Positions 44,311 through 55,517 of a stretch of DNA of 64,000 bases are shown one piece after another. The position numbers and the translations under genes were made by a program. The notes under the pieces are model-generated. The model saw only the letters and a program-made list of their open reading frames with translations. It had not been told where the DNA came from and did no database searches. The DNA comes from an uncultured Hormoscilla sp. (GTDB lineage Bacteria; Cyanobacteriota; Cyanobacteriia; Cyanobacteriales; Desertifilaceae). The stretch is from positions 4,576,001-4,640,000 of the forward strand of contig OZ001293.3 of the NCBI GenBank assembly GCA_963921275.4, written 5' to 3'. Position 1 is the stretch's first letter; each line of letters opens with the position of its first letter.

Positions 44311-45654
44311 ATGAAGTGGGAAAGTAAATCAATTGATGAAATCACCGAGGTCATTATTGACCATCGAGGAAAAACCCCTAATAAAAGTGCATCTGGAATA
44401 CCACTAATTACGGCTAAAATAAAAAATGGAGTCCCGTCAGGGTGGGAACTTCGACAATTAGGTGAAATCATTTTAGAAATCATTGATTATCGAGGAAAAA
44501 CTCCCAAGAAATTGGGCGGTGATTGGTCACAGGAAGGAATTCGCGCTTTATCAGCACTCAATGTGAAAAATAATCGGTTGATAAACTTAGAAAAATGTAA
44601 GATGGTTGATGAAAACTTATATCAAAAATGGATGCAATCTGAAATTTAAAAAGGAGATATTTTAATGACATCAGAAGCACCATTAGGAGAGTTATGCTAT
44701 TTAATGTCTGAAGAAATTTTTTGCTTGAGTCAAAGACTTTACTGTATACGAGCAAATCCTGATATTGTTTTATCTTATTTTTTATTTTGTTCGTTACAGT
44801 CACCTTTTTTTCAAGCAGGGTTAAAAGCTAAAGCCACAGGAACAACAGTTTTAGGAATAAGGCAAAGTGATCTAAAAAATGTACTTGTTCTACTTCCCCC
44901 ACTGCCAACGCAAAAACGCATCGCGGATATCCTCTCAAAATATGACGACCTCATCGACAACAACAACCGCCGCATCGCATTACTAGAGGAGTCCGTACAT
45001 CTGCTGTATCGGGAGTGGTTCGTGAGCCTGCGGTTTCCGGGTCACGAGTCCGTGCGCGTTGTGGATGGAGTCCCGGAAGGATGGGAACGAGTAACCGCAG
45101 AGCGGGTGATCTCGTTTAATCCTAAAACATCAGTTCCTAAAGGTGAAAATCGCCCATTCGTACCGATGCAATCTTTATCAACGAACCTAATGACAATTGA
45201 TGATATTGAATATCGACCGGTAAAAGGTGGAGCTAAATTTAAAAACTACGACACTTTACTAGCTAGGATAACACCTTGCCTTGAAAATGGGAAAACAGCT
45301 TTTGTTCAATTTTTAGACGATGATGAATTGGTTGCCACTGGTTCAACTGAGTTGATCGTCATGCGCTCTGAAAAAGTTTCGCCTTACTGGGTTTATTGTT
45401 TATCTCGATCTTATAATTTCCGACAACACGCAATCAATAGTATGTCAGGTTCAGATAATCGCCAACGAGTTCAACCAAAATCTTTAGAGGGATTTGAAAT
45501 ATTGAAGCCGAAAGAGAATATTTTAGAAAAGTTTCATAATCTATCTAGACCGGTTTTTATAAAGATTCATTTATTAAGTGATGCAAACCAAAAACTCAAA
45601 GAAGCCCGCGACTCGCTGTTACCACGTCTAATGAATGGGAGCCTAGAAGTATGA
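44311..45654 (+). pseudogene. hsdS: Type I R-M specificity subunit (copy 2), mosaic and frameshifted
   Basis: Partial TRD joined to GVPSGW-TRD; frameshift/stop at ~44647; conserved spacer nearly identical to copy 1; different TRDs. Confidence 0.88.
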
Positions 45655-48600
45655 GCGCCGAATACTCGGAAGACAAACTCGTACAACAAACCACGGCCGA
45701 TAAATTCCAAGACCTCGGTTGGGAAAGCATTTTTGCCTACAATGAGGAAACCTACGGCGAAACCGGAACCCTGGGCCGATCGCACGAGGGGGAAGTTCTG
45801 CTGAAACGGGACCTCCGCGCCGCCCTAAAACGCCTTAACCCCGGACATCCCGAAACCGCCTATAGCGAAGCCATAGAAAAACTCAGCCAAACCAGCAGTT
45901 CTAAAACCCTGCTGCAACATAACCAGGAAAAATATAAACTCATCCGCGACGGGATCCGCGTCAGTTACACCACCGCGAGGAGTGAAAAACGCGAGCCCTC
46001 ACTGCGCTTCATTGACTTTCAGCAACCGGAAAATAACCGCTTTCTCGTCGTTCGCGAACTCTGGATACAAGGTAAACTCTACCGCCGTCGCCCCGATATC
46101 ATCGGCTTTGTGAACGGCATTCCTCTATTATTTATCGAACTGAAAAAAACCAGCCGCGATCTTCGGGTCGCCTATAACTGCAACTTCAGCGACTACCAAG
46201 ACACTATCCCGGAACTATTCCACTACAACGCCATTGTTTTACTCAGTAATGGCATAAACTGTAAAGCTGGAAGCCTCACCAGTCCTTTCGAGTTCTTCCA
46301 CGAATGGAAACGCCTTCAAGAAAACGAAGTGGGGCGAGTTGACTGGGAAACCATGCTGATGGGCATTTGTACCCCTGCCAATTTCCTCGACTTAGTGCAA
46401 AACTTCCTATTTTTCGATGCCGGGGGGAAAAAAGGCACTGTCAAAATTCTCGCCCGGAACCACCAATATCTCGGCGTTAACCAGACCTTTAATATCCTTC
46501 GCAACCGTAACAACAGTCCAGAACCCAATAAAGTCGGGGTATTCTGGCATACCCAAGGTAGCGGTAAATCCTACTCGATGGCCTTCCTCAGCGAAAAAGT
46601 CCATCGCCTGCTTCCCGGTAACTATACATTTTTAATTGTCACCGATCGGGTGGAACTGGACCAGCAAATCTCCAGCACCTTTGCCAACTTGGGTACTTGC
46701 GCTGGCAACACCCAAGCCACCAGCGGCGCATATCTCACCGAACTGCTGAAGCAAAATCACCGCTACGTCTTCACTTTAATTCATAAATTCAACCGACCGG
46801 GCACCATCTACAGTCAGCGGGATAATATTATCGTCATGTGCGACGAAGCCCACCGCACCCAGTACGGTATACTGGCTGACAATATGCGCCACGGACTACC
46901 CAACGCCGCCTTTATCGCCTTTACCGGAACTCCTTTAATGGACTCCCCTGAAGACCAACTCACCCGTCAAACCTTCGGTGATTATGTTTCTACCTACGAC
47001 TTCCAACGGGCGATCGCCGATGGTGCCACGGTTCCCCTCTACTACGACAACCGGGGCGAAAAACTGGTCTTTCAGTGGGAGGGTGAAGAAATTTCCGTGG
47101 CTAACAGCGAGGAACTTAATGAGAAAATCGCTGAGGAACTGAACAAACACGACCTGGACGAAAAAGACGAAGCCGCTATTTGGCGTCGCTTGAAAAAAGA
47201 TTACATGATTCTCACCGCCCCAGACCGCCTCGATCGCATCGCGGAAGACCTGGTATCCCATTACATCCAACGCTGGCCAACAGGCAAAGCCATGCTAGTC
47301 TGTCTGGATAAAATTACCGCTGTTCGGATGCACGGACTCATCGATAAATACTGGAAACAGGCGATCGCCCAACAGCAACAGCGGGTGAAACAAGCAACGG
47401 ACGATCAAGACGCGATCGCACAGCAAAGCTATCTTGACTGGCTGCAAGAAACGGAATATATTGTAGTCATCAGCGAATCCCAGAACGAGGTAAAAACCTT
47501 TCAAGAATGGGAACTGGAAATCAAACCCCACCGAGAAAAGATCAAAAATCGTCCCCTTGACGATGAATTTAAGGACCGAGGCCATCCCTTCCGCCTCGCG
47601 ATCGTCTGCGCCATGTGGTTAACGGGATTTGATGTCAAGTCCCTGGGGACTCTCTACATCTACAAACCCATGCGGGGACACAATCTCATGCAAACGATCG
47701 CCCGGGCCAACCGAGTTGACGAGGGGAAAGATAACGGTTTACTGGTAGATTACAATGGAATTCTCAAAAGCCTGCGAGATGCCTTATCAAAATACGCTTG
47801 CGGGACAACTGAAACTGCCCAAAGTCAGGATGATACCAGCATCACTGAAGATAAAACCCTGTATCCTGACGTAGAAGCAGAACTCCGCAACAAGTATCAA
47901 TACTCAATTCAAGCCTGCATTAACCATATCCACAACTTCGGTTGCGACTTACAGCAACTCATCGATGCCACTGGTTTTGATAAGTCAGCCCTTCTCGACG
48001 GTAAAAATAAGGACTCCATCCTGAATGCGATTTGTACCAATGATGAATCACGGGCGCGGTTTGATGTACTAGCGCGGCAAGTTTTCCAGAAAAAGCGATC
48101 GCTTCAGGGCTATGACGGCATTACCCGCGAATACCAGCAGTATAACGCCATTGATGCCATTTACAAACAACTCCATCAACCCAAAGAACGCAGCCCTGAC
48201 TTAAACGCAGTCCTGCGATCGCTTCAGGAAAATATCGGAGAGGGAATTATCGTGCAAAGGGAACGAGAACCGGGGGCCGAGTCCGGCAATGTCTATGATA
48301 TTAGTCAAATTGACTGGGATTTACTGAAAGCATCCTTTAGAAAGTCATCAACCAAAAACCTCCAGGTACAATCTCTTAAAAATTACGTTCAACAGCAACT
48401 GAACCGGATGTTGGAAAAGAATCAAAGTCAGCGCCGCCTTAGTCTTTACGAACGCTACCACAAAATTGTCAACGACTACAACCGAGAAACTGACCAGGTG
48501 GCGATCGAGCAAACCTTCGAGGCCCTCATGTACCTGGTGCGAGATATCTCCGAAGAAGAAAGCCGCGCTGTCCGGGAAAACTTAAATGCAGAACATCTGG

Positions 48601-48908
48601 CAATTTTCGATTTACTGTGCGAGAATAAAGAAAATCTCAGTCCCCGATCGCGCAATCAAATTAAAGAAGTGGCCCGATCGTTACTTCTTGAAATAAAAGC
48701 CAGTTTATAAACTCTAGAAAGTTGGCAAAATAAAGAATCGACCCAAGCACAAGTACGCCAACTCATTTACAATATTCTTTACGATGAAATCGCGGTTTTA
48801 CCCATCAATGATTATGAGGAAAAGGAAATCGAAGAATATACCAATGTTATCTACCTGCACGTATTTCGCCAATATGGCCGGGCTAGCAGTCAATCCAATG
48901 TCGCTTAA
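45651..48908 (+). pseudogene. hsdR: Type I R-M restriction subunit with a premature stop near the C-terminus
   Basis: RRPDIIGFVNGIPLLFIELK, HTQGSGKS, DEAHR, FTGTP, MWLTGFD, QTIARANR; TAA at 48708-48710 but the frame stays open with HsdR-like sequence (WQNKESTQAQVR) to 48908. Confidence 0.85.
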
Positions 48909-48968
48909 TATAGTAGGGTGGGCAATGCCCACCCTACTTCTGCCTCTTTTGTTGTAGAAAAGATAAAT

Positions 48969-49460
48969 ATGGAAAAGCTTATTCTGGGATTAGACCCGGG
49001 ATTGGCCACTCTGGGGTTTGGGATAATTTGCTGTCAGACTGATGGTAATGGAGACAATAATGGCGTCAAAACTCTTGATTTTGGCGTGATTAAAACTCCA
49101 GCATCAGCCAAGATGGGCGATCGGCTGCGAACGATTTACGAAGATTTACACTTCCTGGTTTCAGAGTGGCAACCAGACTTAGCGGCGGTAGAAAAGCTGT
49201 TTTTTTATCGGATGGGAAATGTGATATTGATAGCTCAGGCGCGGGGAGTGCTAACCTTAGTGTTAGCTCAAAACAATATCCCAATGGTTGAATTTACTCC
49301 CCCGCAAGTGAAGCAGGCATTAACGGGTTACGGCAATGCGGATAAAGAGGAAGTCCAGGAAGCGGTAATGCGGGAGCTAGACTTGGAGTATATTCCTAAA
49401 CCAGATGATGCAGCGGATGCCCTGGGTGTAGCCTTGACCGCTTGGTTTCAATCAGAATAG
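48969..49460 (+). CDS. ruvC: Holliday junction resolvase
   Basis: [43 protein letters not shown]. Confidence 0.96.
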   Translation: MEKLILGLDPGLATLGFGIICCQTDGNGDNNGVKTLDFGVIKTPASAKMGDRLRTIYEDLHFLVSEWQPDLAAVEKLFFYRMGNVILIAQARGVLTLVLAQNNIPMVEFTPPQVKQALTGYGNADKEEVQEAVMRELDLEYIPKPDDAADALGVALTAWFQSE

Positions 49461-50011
49461 TTAATTGTTAATGGTTAATTGTTAATTATGAAACGATAGA
49501 ACACCATGCTTAACCCATTGTCCTGCCTCCTGTCAAATGGGAAGGCGAGAAAAGATGATTTTCTGTTCTGGTGCGGAGCTAGCAGCAGCACCGATGGCAC
49601 CGGTTGCATAATCTAGGACATTTACATCAGCTTCCTGCAACTGCGGTCGATTTCGATCCTCTAGCAGTTGCACTCTCTGGCAAACCACGTGCATTAAAAG
49701 TCAATTTTATCCGTCAAGATTTTAGCGATTAAGTATAATTATTTATTGACGATTAATATGCACCCATGTATAATTGTGTGGTTTGTAGCCAGTCGGATTA
49801 GATTCGGCGATCGGTTGCTTGACAGCAAAAGAAAATTTTCTCTGTTAAAGATTAGGTAATTAACTATAATTACTGTTGACATTATTAAATGTAGCCTGTA
49901 AAGTAGTAAAAAAAGTTGTGATAGACATGGTTGGGCGGCTATAATAAGGGTATGTTAAGTATTGTGGCGATTTCAGCCCCCCAAGAAAGTCTATCATATC
50001 TTGAAAAAATG

Positions 50012-50081
50012 GTATAACAAAAGCTTAAAGCTGACGCGCCAAAGGAAGCAAGCGTGCAGCTTAAGCAACTGAACGGCGGAC
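50012..50081 (+). other. Degenerate integron attC-like site upstream of the Schlafen-like gene
   Basis: GTATAAC-AAAA-GCTTAAAGCTG...CAGCTTAAGC stem with one extra base; the expected GTT of R' is degenerate. Confidence 0.5.
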
Positions 50082-50109
50082 GAATAATTTGATCGACAGG
50101 TTTTTTATT

Positions 50110-51607
50110 ATGAATGCAGAAGTTTTGACATTACAGACGAGAGTGGAAAATACTATTTCGTTGGGGAAAAGTCATTTTCGTGAATATAAGTCTGCTTTTG
50201 AAAACGCACCAGACAAGAAAGTACGAAGAAAGGTTAAACATATCTGTGCTGACATTGCTGAAGCACTGGTGGCATTTGCCAATGCTGACGGTGGTGAATT
50301 GCTTGTTGGGGTTGAGGACAATGGAACAATTACTGGCATTCCTCATGACGAAAAGGAAGTGCAGCAAATGCTGAAAGCTGTTGTGACCCACACCGAAGCG
50401 GATACAAAGCTTCCTTTAATCCATAGCGATCTTCTTAATCTTGATGGCTCAAAAGTATTGTTTTTTGCAGTTATTTGCTAAAGACTCTCGCAATTGGTAT
50501 CCGCACTCTAGTGTCCGAATCCTTAAAGTAAATGGGACAAAATTGAAATCAGGTGAGCAATACAATGTGGTGTCGGATAGAGGAATTTATGGAAACATTT
50601 TTGAACTATTAAGAAAAGCATGGGAGGAATTGCGATTCTTTCTGGCTTATAAGACAGAGTTTGGTTCAGATGCAAAGTTTGAGCAAAAGTATGTCTATCC
50701 TGAAGATGCGTGCAGGGAAGCACTTGTGAACGCAATCGCCCATCGAGATTATGTTGCTCAGTCAGGCATAGAAATATTTATTTTCGACGACCGAATGGAA
50801 ATAAAAAGCCCGGGAGCTTTACTATCCACAATGTCATTGGAAACATTACGTGACTTGAAGGGTGCTCATGAATCCAGAAACTCTACTATTGCAAGAATAT
50901 TGCGAGAAAATCAAATCATGAGAGAACTGGGCGAAAGAATGCAACGAATTTTCAAGGCAATGGAGAAAGGTGAATTGCAAGAACCAGAAATTTCGACTGA
51001 CGATCGTTCATTTTCAATAACTTTGTGGAAGAAATCAGTTTTTTCACCACAGCAGATGCAGTGGCTAAATGTATTCCGTGAGTACGATCTAACTAGACTC
51101 CAAAAGAAGATTCTTGTCTGTTGCATGAATGGGAACCAGATATCACAGCAAGATATTATTGATGCGATGAATGATGATGATAGAAACACTTATGATCGTG
51201 AAGTAACAGGTTTGAGAAAGGCCGGAATTCTGACTACCACAATGAGCAATTCTCAAGCTAACAAATTCGCAAAAAATAATAGTGTTGAGAAAGCGAAAAT
51301 AGCTAGATTTAAAGTAACTGTACCTGCATCAAGTTCTGTAAATCAGCAAGCAAAATTGGGTGTATTTGTACGCAATTTACCTGGAGATATTAATGAATAC
51401 GAGGTGCAAAGAAGATTCGAGAGTTGTGGACGAGTACGGAATGTTCAATTGGCAGCACCAAGAAATGGCTATTATGGAAGCTACAGGTTTGCAACCGTGT
51501 TCTACATATCAAAACAAGCCGTCGATTCAGCTATTGAAGAACTGGATGGCATTGAGGTTCGCTCACGAAGAATTGATGTTCGCAAATACATACCCAAGGC
51601 AACATAA
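50110..51607 (+). pseudogene. Schlafen/AlbA_2 + HATPase_c_4-type protein with C-terminal RRM; internal deletion/frameshift at ~50475
   Basis: EYKSA..ALVAFANADGGELLVGVEDNG; YPEDACREALVNAIAHRDY, IKSPG, SRNSTIARIL; RRM VFVRNLP..FESCGRV..FATVFY..AIEELDG. Confidence 0.82.
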
Positions 51608-51682
51608 TATATAAGATATTCTACTAACCACAAAACATATCTGGAACCCGTGTGACAAGAGACCCTTGTCTGGTGATACGCC

Positions 51683-51734
51683 GCCTAACAGGGCTTGCAG
51701 CCGACGCGAAGCGCGGCAGAAGCAACCGTTAGCT
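51683..51734 (+). other. Integron attC-like site
   Basis: GCCTAAC-AGG-GCTTGCAGCCG-ACGCGAAGCG-CGGCAGAAGC-AACC-GTTAGCT: R''/R' cores and L stem with an extra G; short (52 bp). Confidence 0.65.
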
Positions 51735-51828
51735 TTAACTTGAGTATTCACTCACGGAAATAACCAAGCACCATCAAATGTATGCAATATAGCGACGATA
51801 AATGTCTATATATTAGGACATTTCTAAA

Positions 51829-51927
51829 CGGGAGCATTTCAATTTTGCACGCTGCTGCCTGACAAAGGCGCGGCACCTTACTCGAAGCCCTTTTGGGCTA
51901 CTGGTTGCATTCATTGAAATGCTCCCG
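51829..51927. mobile_element. MITE
   Basis: Perfect 15-bp IRs CGGGAGCATTTCAAT / ATTGAAATGCTCCCG. Confidence 0.7.
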
Positions 51928-52002
51928 ATCGCAGGTTGATGCTGGTTTTCAATTCCTAACTAGCTATAAGCAAAGCAATTCTTGCAGCAATTAACCTTCT
52001 CC

Positions 52003-52401
52003 TCATTGCAACGGACGGTTAACTCGAATCAGCTTACCCCTTAAACTTTCTTCTCTAGAAACAGCGTCGTTGATTCGACTGGCCAGGGTTTCAAAGTCCG
52101 TGTCCTCCGTGCAAACCACGATACCCGCATGGTCGCTTTGTTGAAGGTGCAGCCGCATGAAATGACACGCTACGCTGATTGCCGGTTAAAACTGCGCGAT
52201 TGTTACTGGCTGCGAAAGCAAGCACCTCTGGAACTGAGGTTTGTAGTGAGGACGAAAGTCCTCACTACAAACCTCAGAAAAATCGGGAATCCCAAGATTG
52301 GCATTCCCGGCTTCTTGGGCAGTGAGGACATCGTGACCCATTGCTCGCAGAAATGCTATAACTGGACGGGGGAAATTTTCATCGATATAAAAACGTGCCA
52401 T
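52003..52401 (-). pseudogene. DUF5615 PIN-like toxin disrupted by palindrome insertions
   Basis: MARFYIDENFP..GHDVLT..; C-terminus HAGIVVC..LASRI; REP palindrome inserted at ~52234-52277. Confidence 0.82.
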
Positions 52402-52405
52402 TAAA

Positions 52406-52744
52406 TTAGCCTTCCTGCATCACTTCGTCGTTTTCGCGAATCGCTTGTTCGATTTCCTCTGGATATGCCTCAGCATAAGCCCAGGCATTGACTAAATCAG
52501 CGGCACTCAGATGCGGAAAAGCTTCTAAAATCTGGGCATCGCTCGCACCTATACGACGGTAATTCACTAAAGACCAAACGGGTATGCGGGTTTTGGCAAT
52601 ACAGGCATCGCCACCCACAACCCCAGGAGTTTTGCTAATACCTTGCGAACTGTGGAGAAAGCTTTGGGTTAAAATCTGAATTACTTCCACCTTCTCGGCC
52701 TTGGTCAAGGCTAGGATTTCAGTTTCTAATTGTTTGACAGTCAT
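52406..52744 (-). CDS. DUF433 antitoxin
   Basis: ISKTPGVVGGDACIAKTRIPVW..ILEAFPHLS. Confidence 0.9.
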   Translation of the reverse strand: MTVKQLETEILALTKAEKVEVIQILTQSFLHSSQGISKTPGVVGGDACIAKTRIPVWSLVNYRRIGASDAQILEAFPHLSAADLVNAWAYAEAYPEEIEQAIRENDEVMQEG

Positions 52745-52875
52745 TTTTTTACCCTCGCTGTGAGGCTCCGATAATATCTACGATTGTATAGCAAGTCTAA
52801 ATCATTAGCAATATCTGAGAAACCGATCCGAATCTCAGTTCAACGGTAAGGTGGGCGGTGCCCACCCTACATTCA

Positions 52876-53136
52876 TTAGCTAACCTTGACCTTGACTACC
52901 TTGTTCTTTTCTTCTTCAGCTTTGGGCAGAGTTAGAGTCAGAATGCCATCTTTATACTCGGCTTGAACGTGAGAATTATTGATGCGACCGGGCAGGGGAA
53001 TGACTCGCTGAAACTTGCCGTAACGAAACTCAGTGCGAGTCATGCCCTTGTCTTCGGTTTTGGTTTCAGATTTGCGATCGCCACTCACAGATACAGCTTC
53101 AAGAGTCGCCTGAATGTCTAGGTCATTAATGTCCAT
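52876..53136 (-). pseudogene. 5'-truncated duplicate of hspA
   Basis: Highly similar to the last 86 codons of 53772-54212. Confidence 0.85.
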
Positions 53137-53265
53137 CTTTGTATTCCGCTTGAATATCAGAATTATTGATGCGACCGGGGGGAGGAATGACTGGGTGTGA
53201 TCAAAAGTAGTTGCAGTAGGAGCCCCCCAAACCCCCTGGTCACATTAGCTATAGCTATTTCAACA

Positions 53266-53425
53266 TGCAGCTTGACAATAAACTATTGTTGGCTTACAAT
53301 AAACTATTGCTGGCTTACAACAAGCTATTGCTGGCTTACAACAAGCTATTGCTGGCTTACAACAAGCTATTGCTGGCTTACAATAAGTTGTTGTAAGCCA
53401 GCAATAAGCTATTGTAAGCCTATTG
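53266..53425. repeat. 21-bp tandem repeat array
   Basis: About 7 units of GCTTACAACAAGCTATTGCTG. Confidence 0.85.
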
Positions 53426-53562
53426 TTTGTTACAATTTTCTGACGATTGTCGCCGTGCCGGGCACGGCGACACCATAAGTTCAAATAGGGTGTGGTCATG
53501 CGTTGCAGCACCGATCCCCCCTAACCCCCCCCTTCCGAAAGGGAGGGTTTCGGAAGCCCCCT

Positions 53563-53740
53563 TATCCCAATGGTTGAATTTACTCCCCCGCAAGTGAAGC
53601 AGGCATTAACGGGTTACGGCAATGCGGATAAAGAAGAAGTCCAGGAAGCGGTAATGCGGGAGCTAGACTTGGAGTATATTCCTAAACCAGATGATGCAGC
53701 GGATGCCCGTAGCCTTGACCGCTTGGTTCAATCAGAATAG
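53563..53740 (+). pseudogene. Duplicated 3' end of ruvC
   Basis: Near-identical to 49277-49460, with small deletions. Confidence 0.9.
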
Positions 53741-53771
53741 TAGGGTGGGCAGTGCCCACCCTACATTGAAA

Positions 53772-54212
53772 TTAGCTAACCTTAACCTTGACTACCTTGT
53801 TCTTTTCTTCTTCAGCTTTGGGCAGAGTTAGGGTCAGAATGCCATCCTTATACTCTGCTTGAACGTGAGAATTGTTGATGCGACCGGGCAGGGGAATGAC
53901 ACGCCCGAACTTGCCGTAACGAAACTCAGTGCGCGTCATGTCATTTTCCTCAGTTTCGCTTTTTGATTTGCGATCGCCGCTCACAGATACAGCTTCAGCA
54001 GTCGCCTGAATGTCCAGGTCATTAATGTCCATACCAGGAACTTCCAGTTTCAGGTGATAAGCTGACGCTGTTTCTGACAATTCCGCAGCAGGTGCAAAAG
54101 CAAAAGTTCCGTCGCCCCGACGAGAAGTAGTGAAGAAGTCGTCGAACAGGCGATTCATTTGCCGTTGCATCGTGTCAAGCTCACGAAATGGTTCAAAACG
54201 TACAAGTGCCAT
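53772..54212 (-). CDS. hspA: Small heat-shock protein Hsp20
   Basis: MALVRFEPFRE..QRQMNRLFD, EFRYGKF.RVIPLP, AEYKDGILTLTLPK; RBS AGGAGG. Confidence 0.93.
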   Translation of the reverse strand: MALVRFEPFRELDTMQRQMNRLFDDFFTTSRRGDGTFAFAPAAELSETASAYHLKLEVPGMDINDLDIQATAEAVSVSGDRKSKSETEENDMTRTEFRYGKFGRVIPLPGRINNSHVQAEYKDGILTLTLPKAEEEKNKVVKVKVS

Positions 54213-54412
54213 AGTTCTACCTCCTAAATCAATCTCAGGTAAGATAAGATATATGCGAGAGGCTTCTTTCCTCCTTCAGTTCTTATCCTAGATAAACCTC
54301 CACAGGATGGGAAGATCGGCTTTCTGGAAAAATAAGTCGTGATTGCTGCCTACTTGTCGGCTGTAATCCAAAACGCTACCATAGACGGTAGGAGAAGTTA
54401 AGGGAGGACTAT

Positions 54413-54781
54413 ATGGCACTCTACCTTGTTACCTCACTCTTCGATGAAGGTATGTACGAAAGCGACTTCCAGGTAGTGGAAGCACAGTCGCAGATGGAAA
54501 TTGCTCAACATATGCTGGAACATCCCCACCAATGGGAGAATTATCTCTCCCAGGCTTACCCCAGGAACTGGCGAGACCATACATTTAATGTCGGCAGTCT
54601 CTGGGACTGCGTGCATTCCGACCAGATGACTCCCGATCGATTGCTGGAACTGATCGATATGACCAGTGTTGACGGAGATAGTACTTCTCAACTGCGCATC
54701 TTTGAGATCCAGGTGCAGCAGTTATCTGAGGTGGACACCAATCCATTTAAGCGCAAGATAATTCCCATTGTGCGCCTATAA
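54413..54781 (+). CDS. Hypothetical protein
   Basis: 122-aa acidic ORF with RBS GGAGG. Confidence 0.7.
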   Translation: MALYLVTSLFDEGMYESDFQVVEAQSQMEIAQHMLEHPHQWENYLSQAYPRNWRDHTFNVGSLWDCVHSDQMTPDRLLELIDMTSVDGDSTSQLRIFEIQVQQLSEVDTNPFKRKIIPIVRL

Positions 54782-54953
54782 AGAACTGGCATCCAGTCGC
54801 GGAAAACTGGAATTGTCTAGTTCGGGAAACTCGCCAAGCAGTTGACGGGAGTTTAACTATGTTTTGGAGATAGGACAGTTATAGCATAACTCGCACCCGA
54901 GTGTTGGGGCGACAAACTTAAACCGTTACAAGTGAAATTAGGAGGCTGACCAG

Positions 54954-55382
54954 ATGATTGTGCGTTGGCAAGCTTTTGATGACACTTTTCAGCGGATGGA
55001 AGCCCTTTCCCATCAGATGAATGAAATCTTTAGTGAGATAACTAGCACTACCTCAACCGCTGAAACGCTCTGGAATCCCCCGATCGAGCTAGTTGATACC
55101 CCTGATAACCTGCTGCAGCCGGGGATCGATCGCCAATTGATTGATATCCAGGTTGCCAGAGATGCGGTGCTAGTTGCGGGGGAACAACCTTATCCTCGCA
55201 AGGACAACTATGATGCTTATCTGCGATCGGAGTTTGCCTATGGTAAGTTCCGTCGGGTTGTGTACCTGCCAGTGGAGATTGAGAACGATCGCGTACAGGC
55301 CAACTTCCAGGATGGAGTGCTGACCTTGATGCTTCCCAAAGTCAAGCAAGCAGCTTGTTTCCAATCGCCTTCTGTAAGATGA
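54954..55382 (+). CDS. Second Hsp20-family protein (possibly eroded)
   Basis: WNPPIEL, SEFAYGKFRRVVYLP, DGVLTLMLPK; appears to lack part of a beta-strand before PG. Confidence 0.8.
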   Translation: MIVRWQAFDDTFQRMEALSHQMNEIFSEITSTTSTAETLWNPPIELVDTPDNLLQPGIDRQLIDIQVARDAVLVAGEQPYPRKDNYDAYLRSEFAYGKFRRVVYLPVEIENDRVQANFQDGVLTLMLPKVKQAACFQSPSVR

Positions 55383-55517
55383 CCTAGCCACCAGCAACGG
55401 CGGGTGGCTGATTTTTGCGACTCAGTCCGATGGGAGACTTGGCAGCACTGCTTCGACTATAATAAAGAAGGATACAGATTTTTCCCGAACGGTAGCGTAA
55501 GCGTGTACCTATAGCCG

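Noticed and set aside
48708..48710. Stop-codon recoding in hsdR
   Set aside because: TAA is not a Sec/Pyl codon, and nonsense lesions are common in this window
22718..53425. 21-bp arrays as CRISPR
   Set aside because: The units are contiguous and degenerate, with no unique spacers
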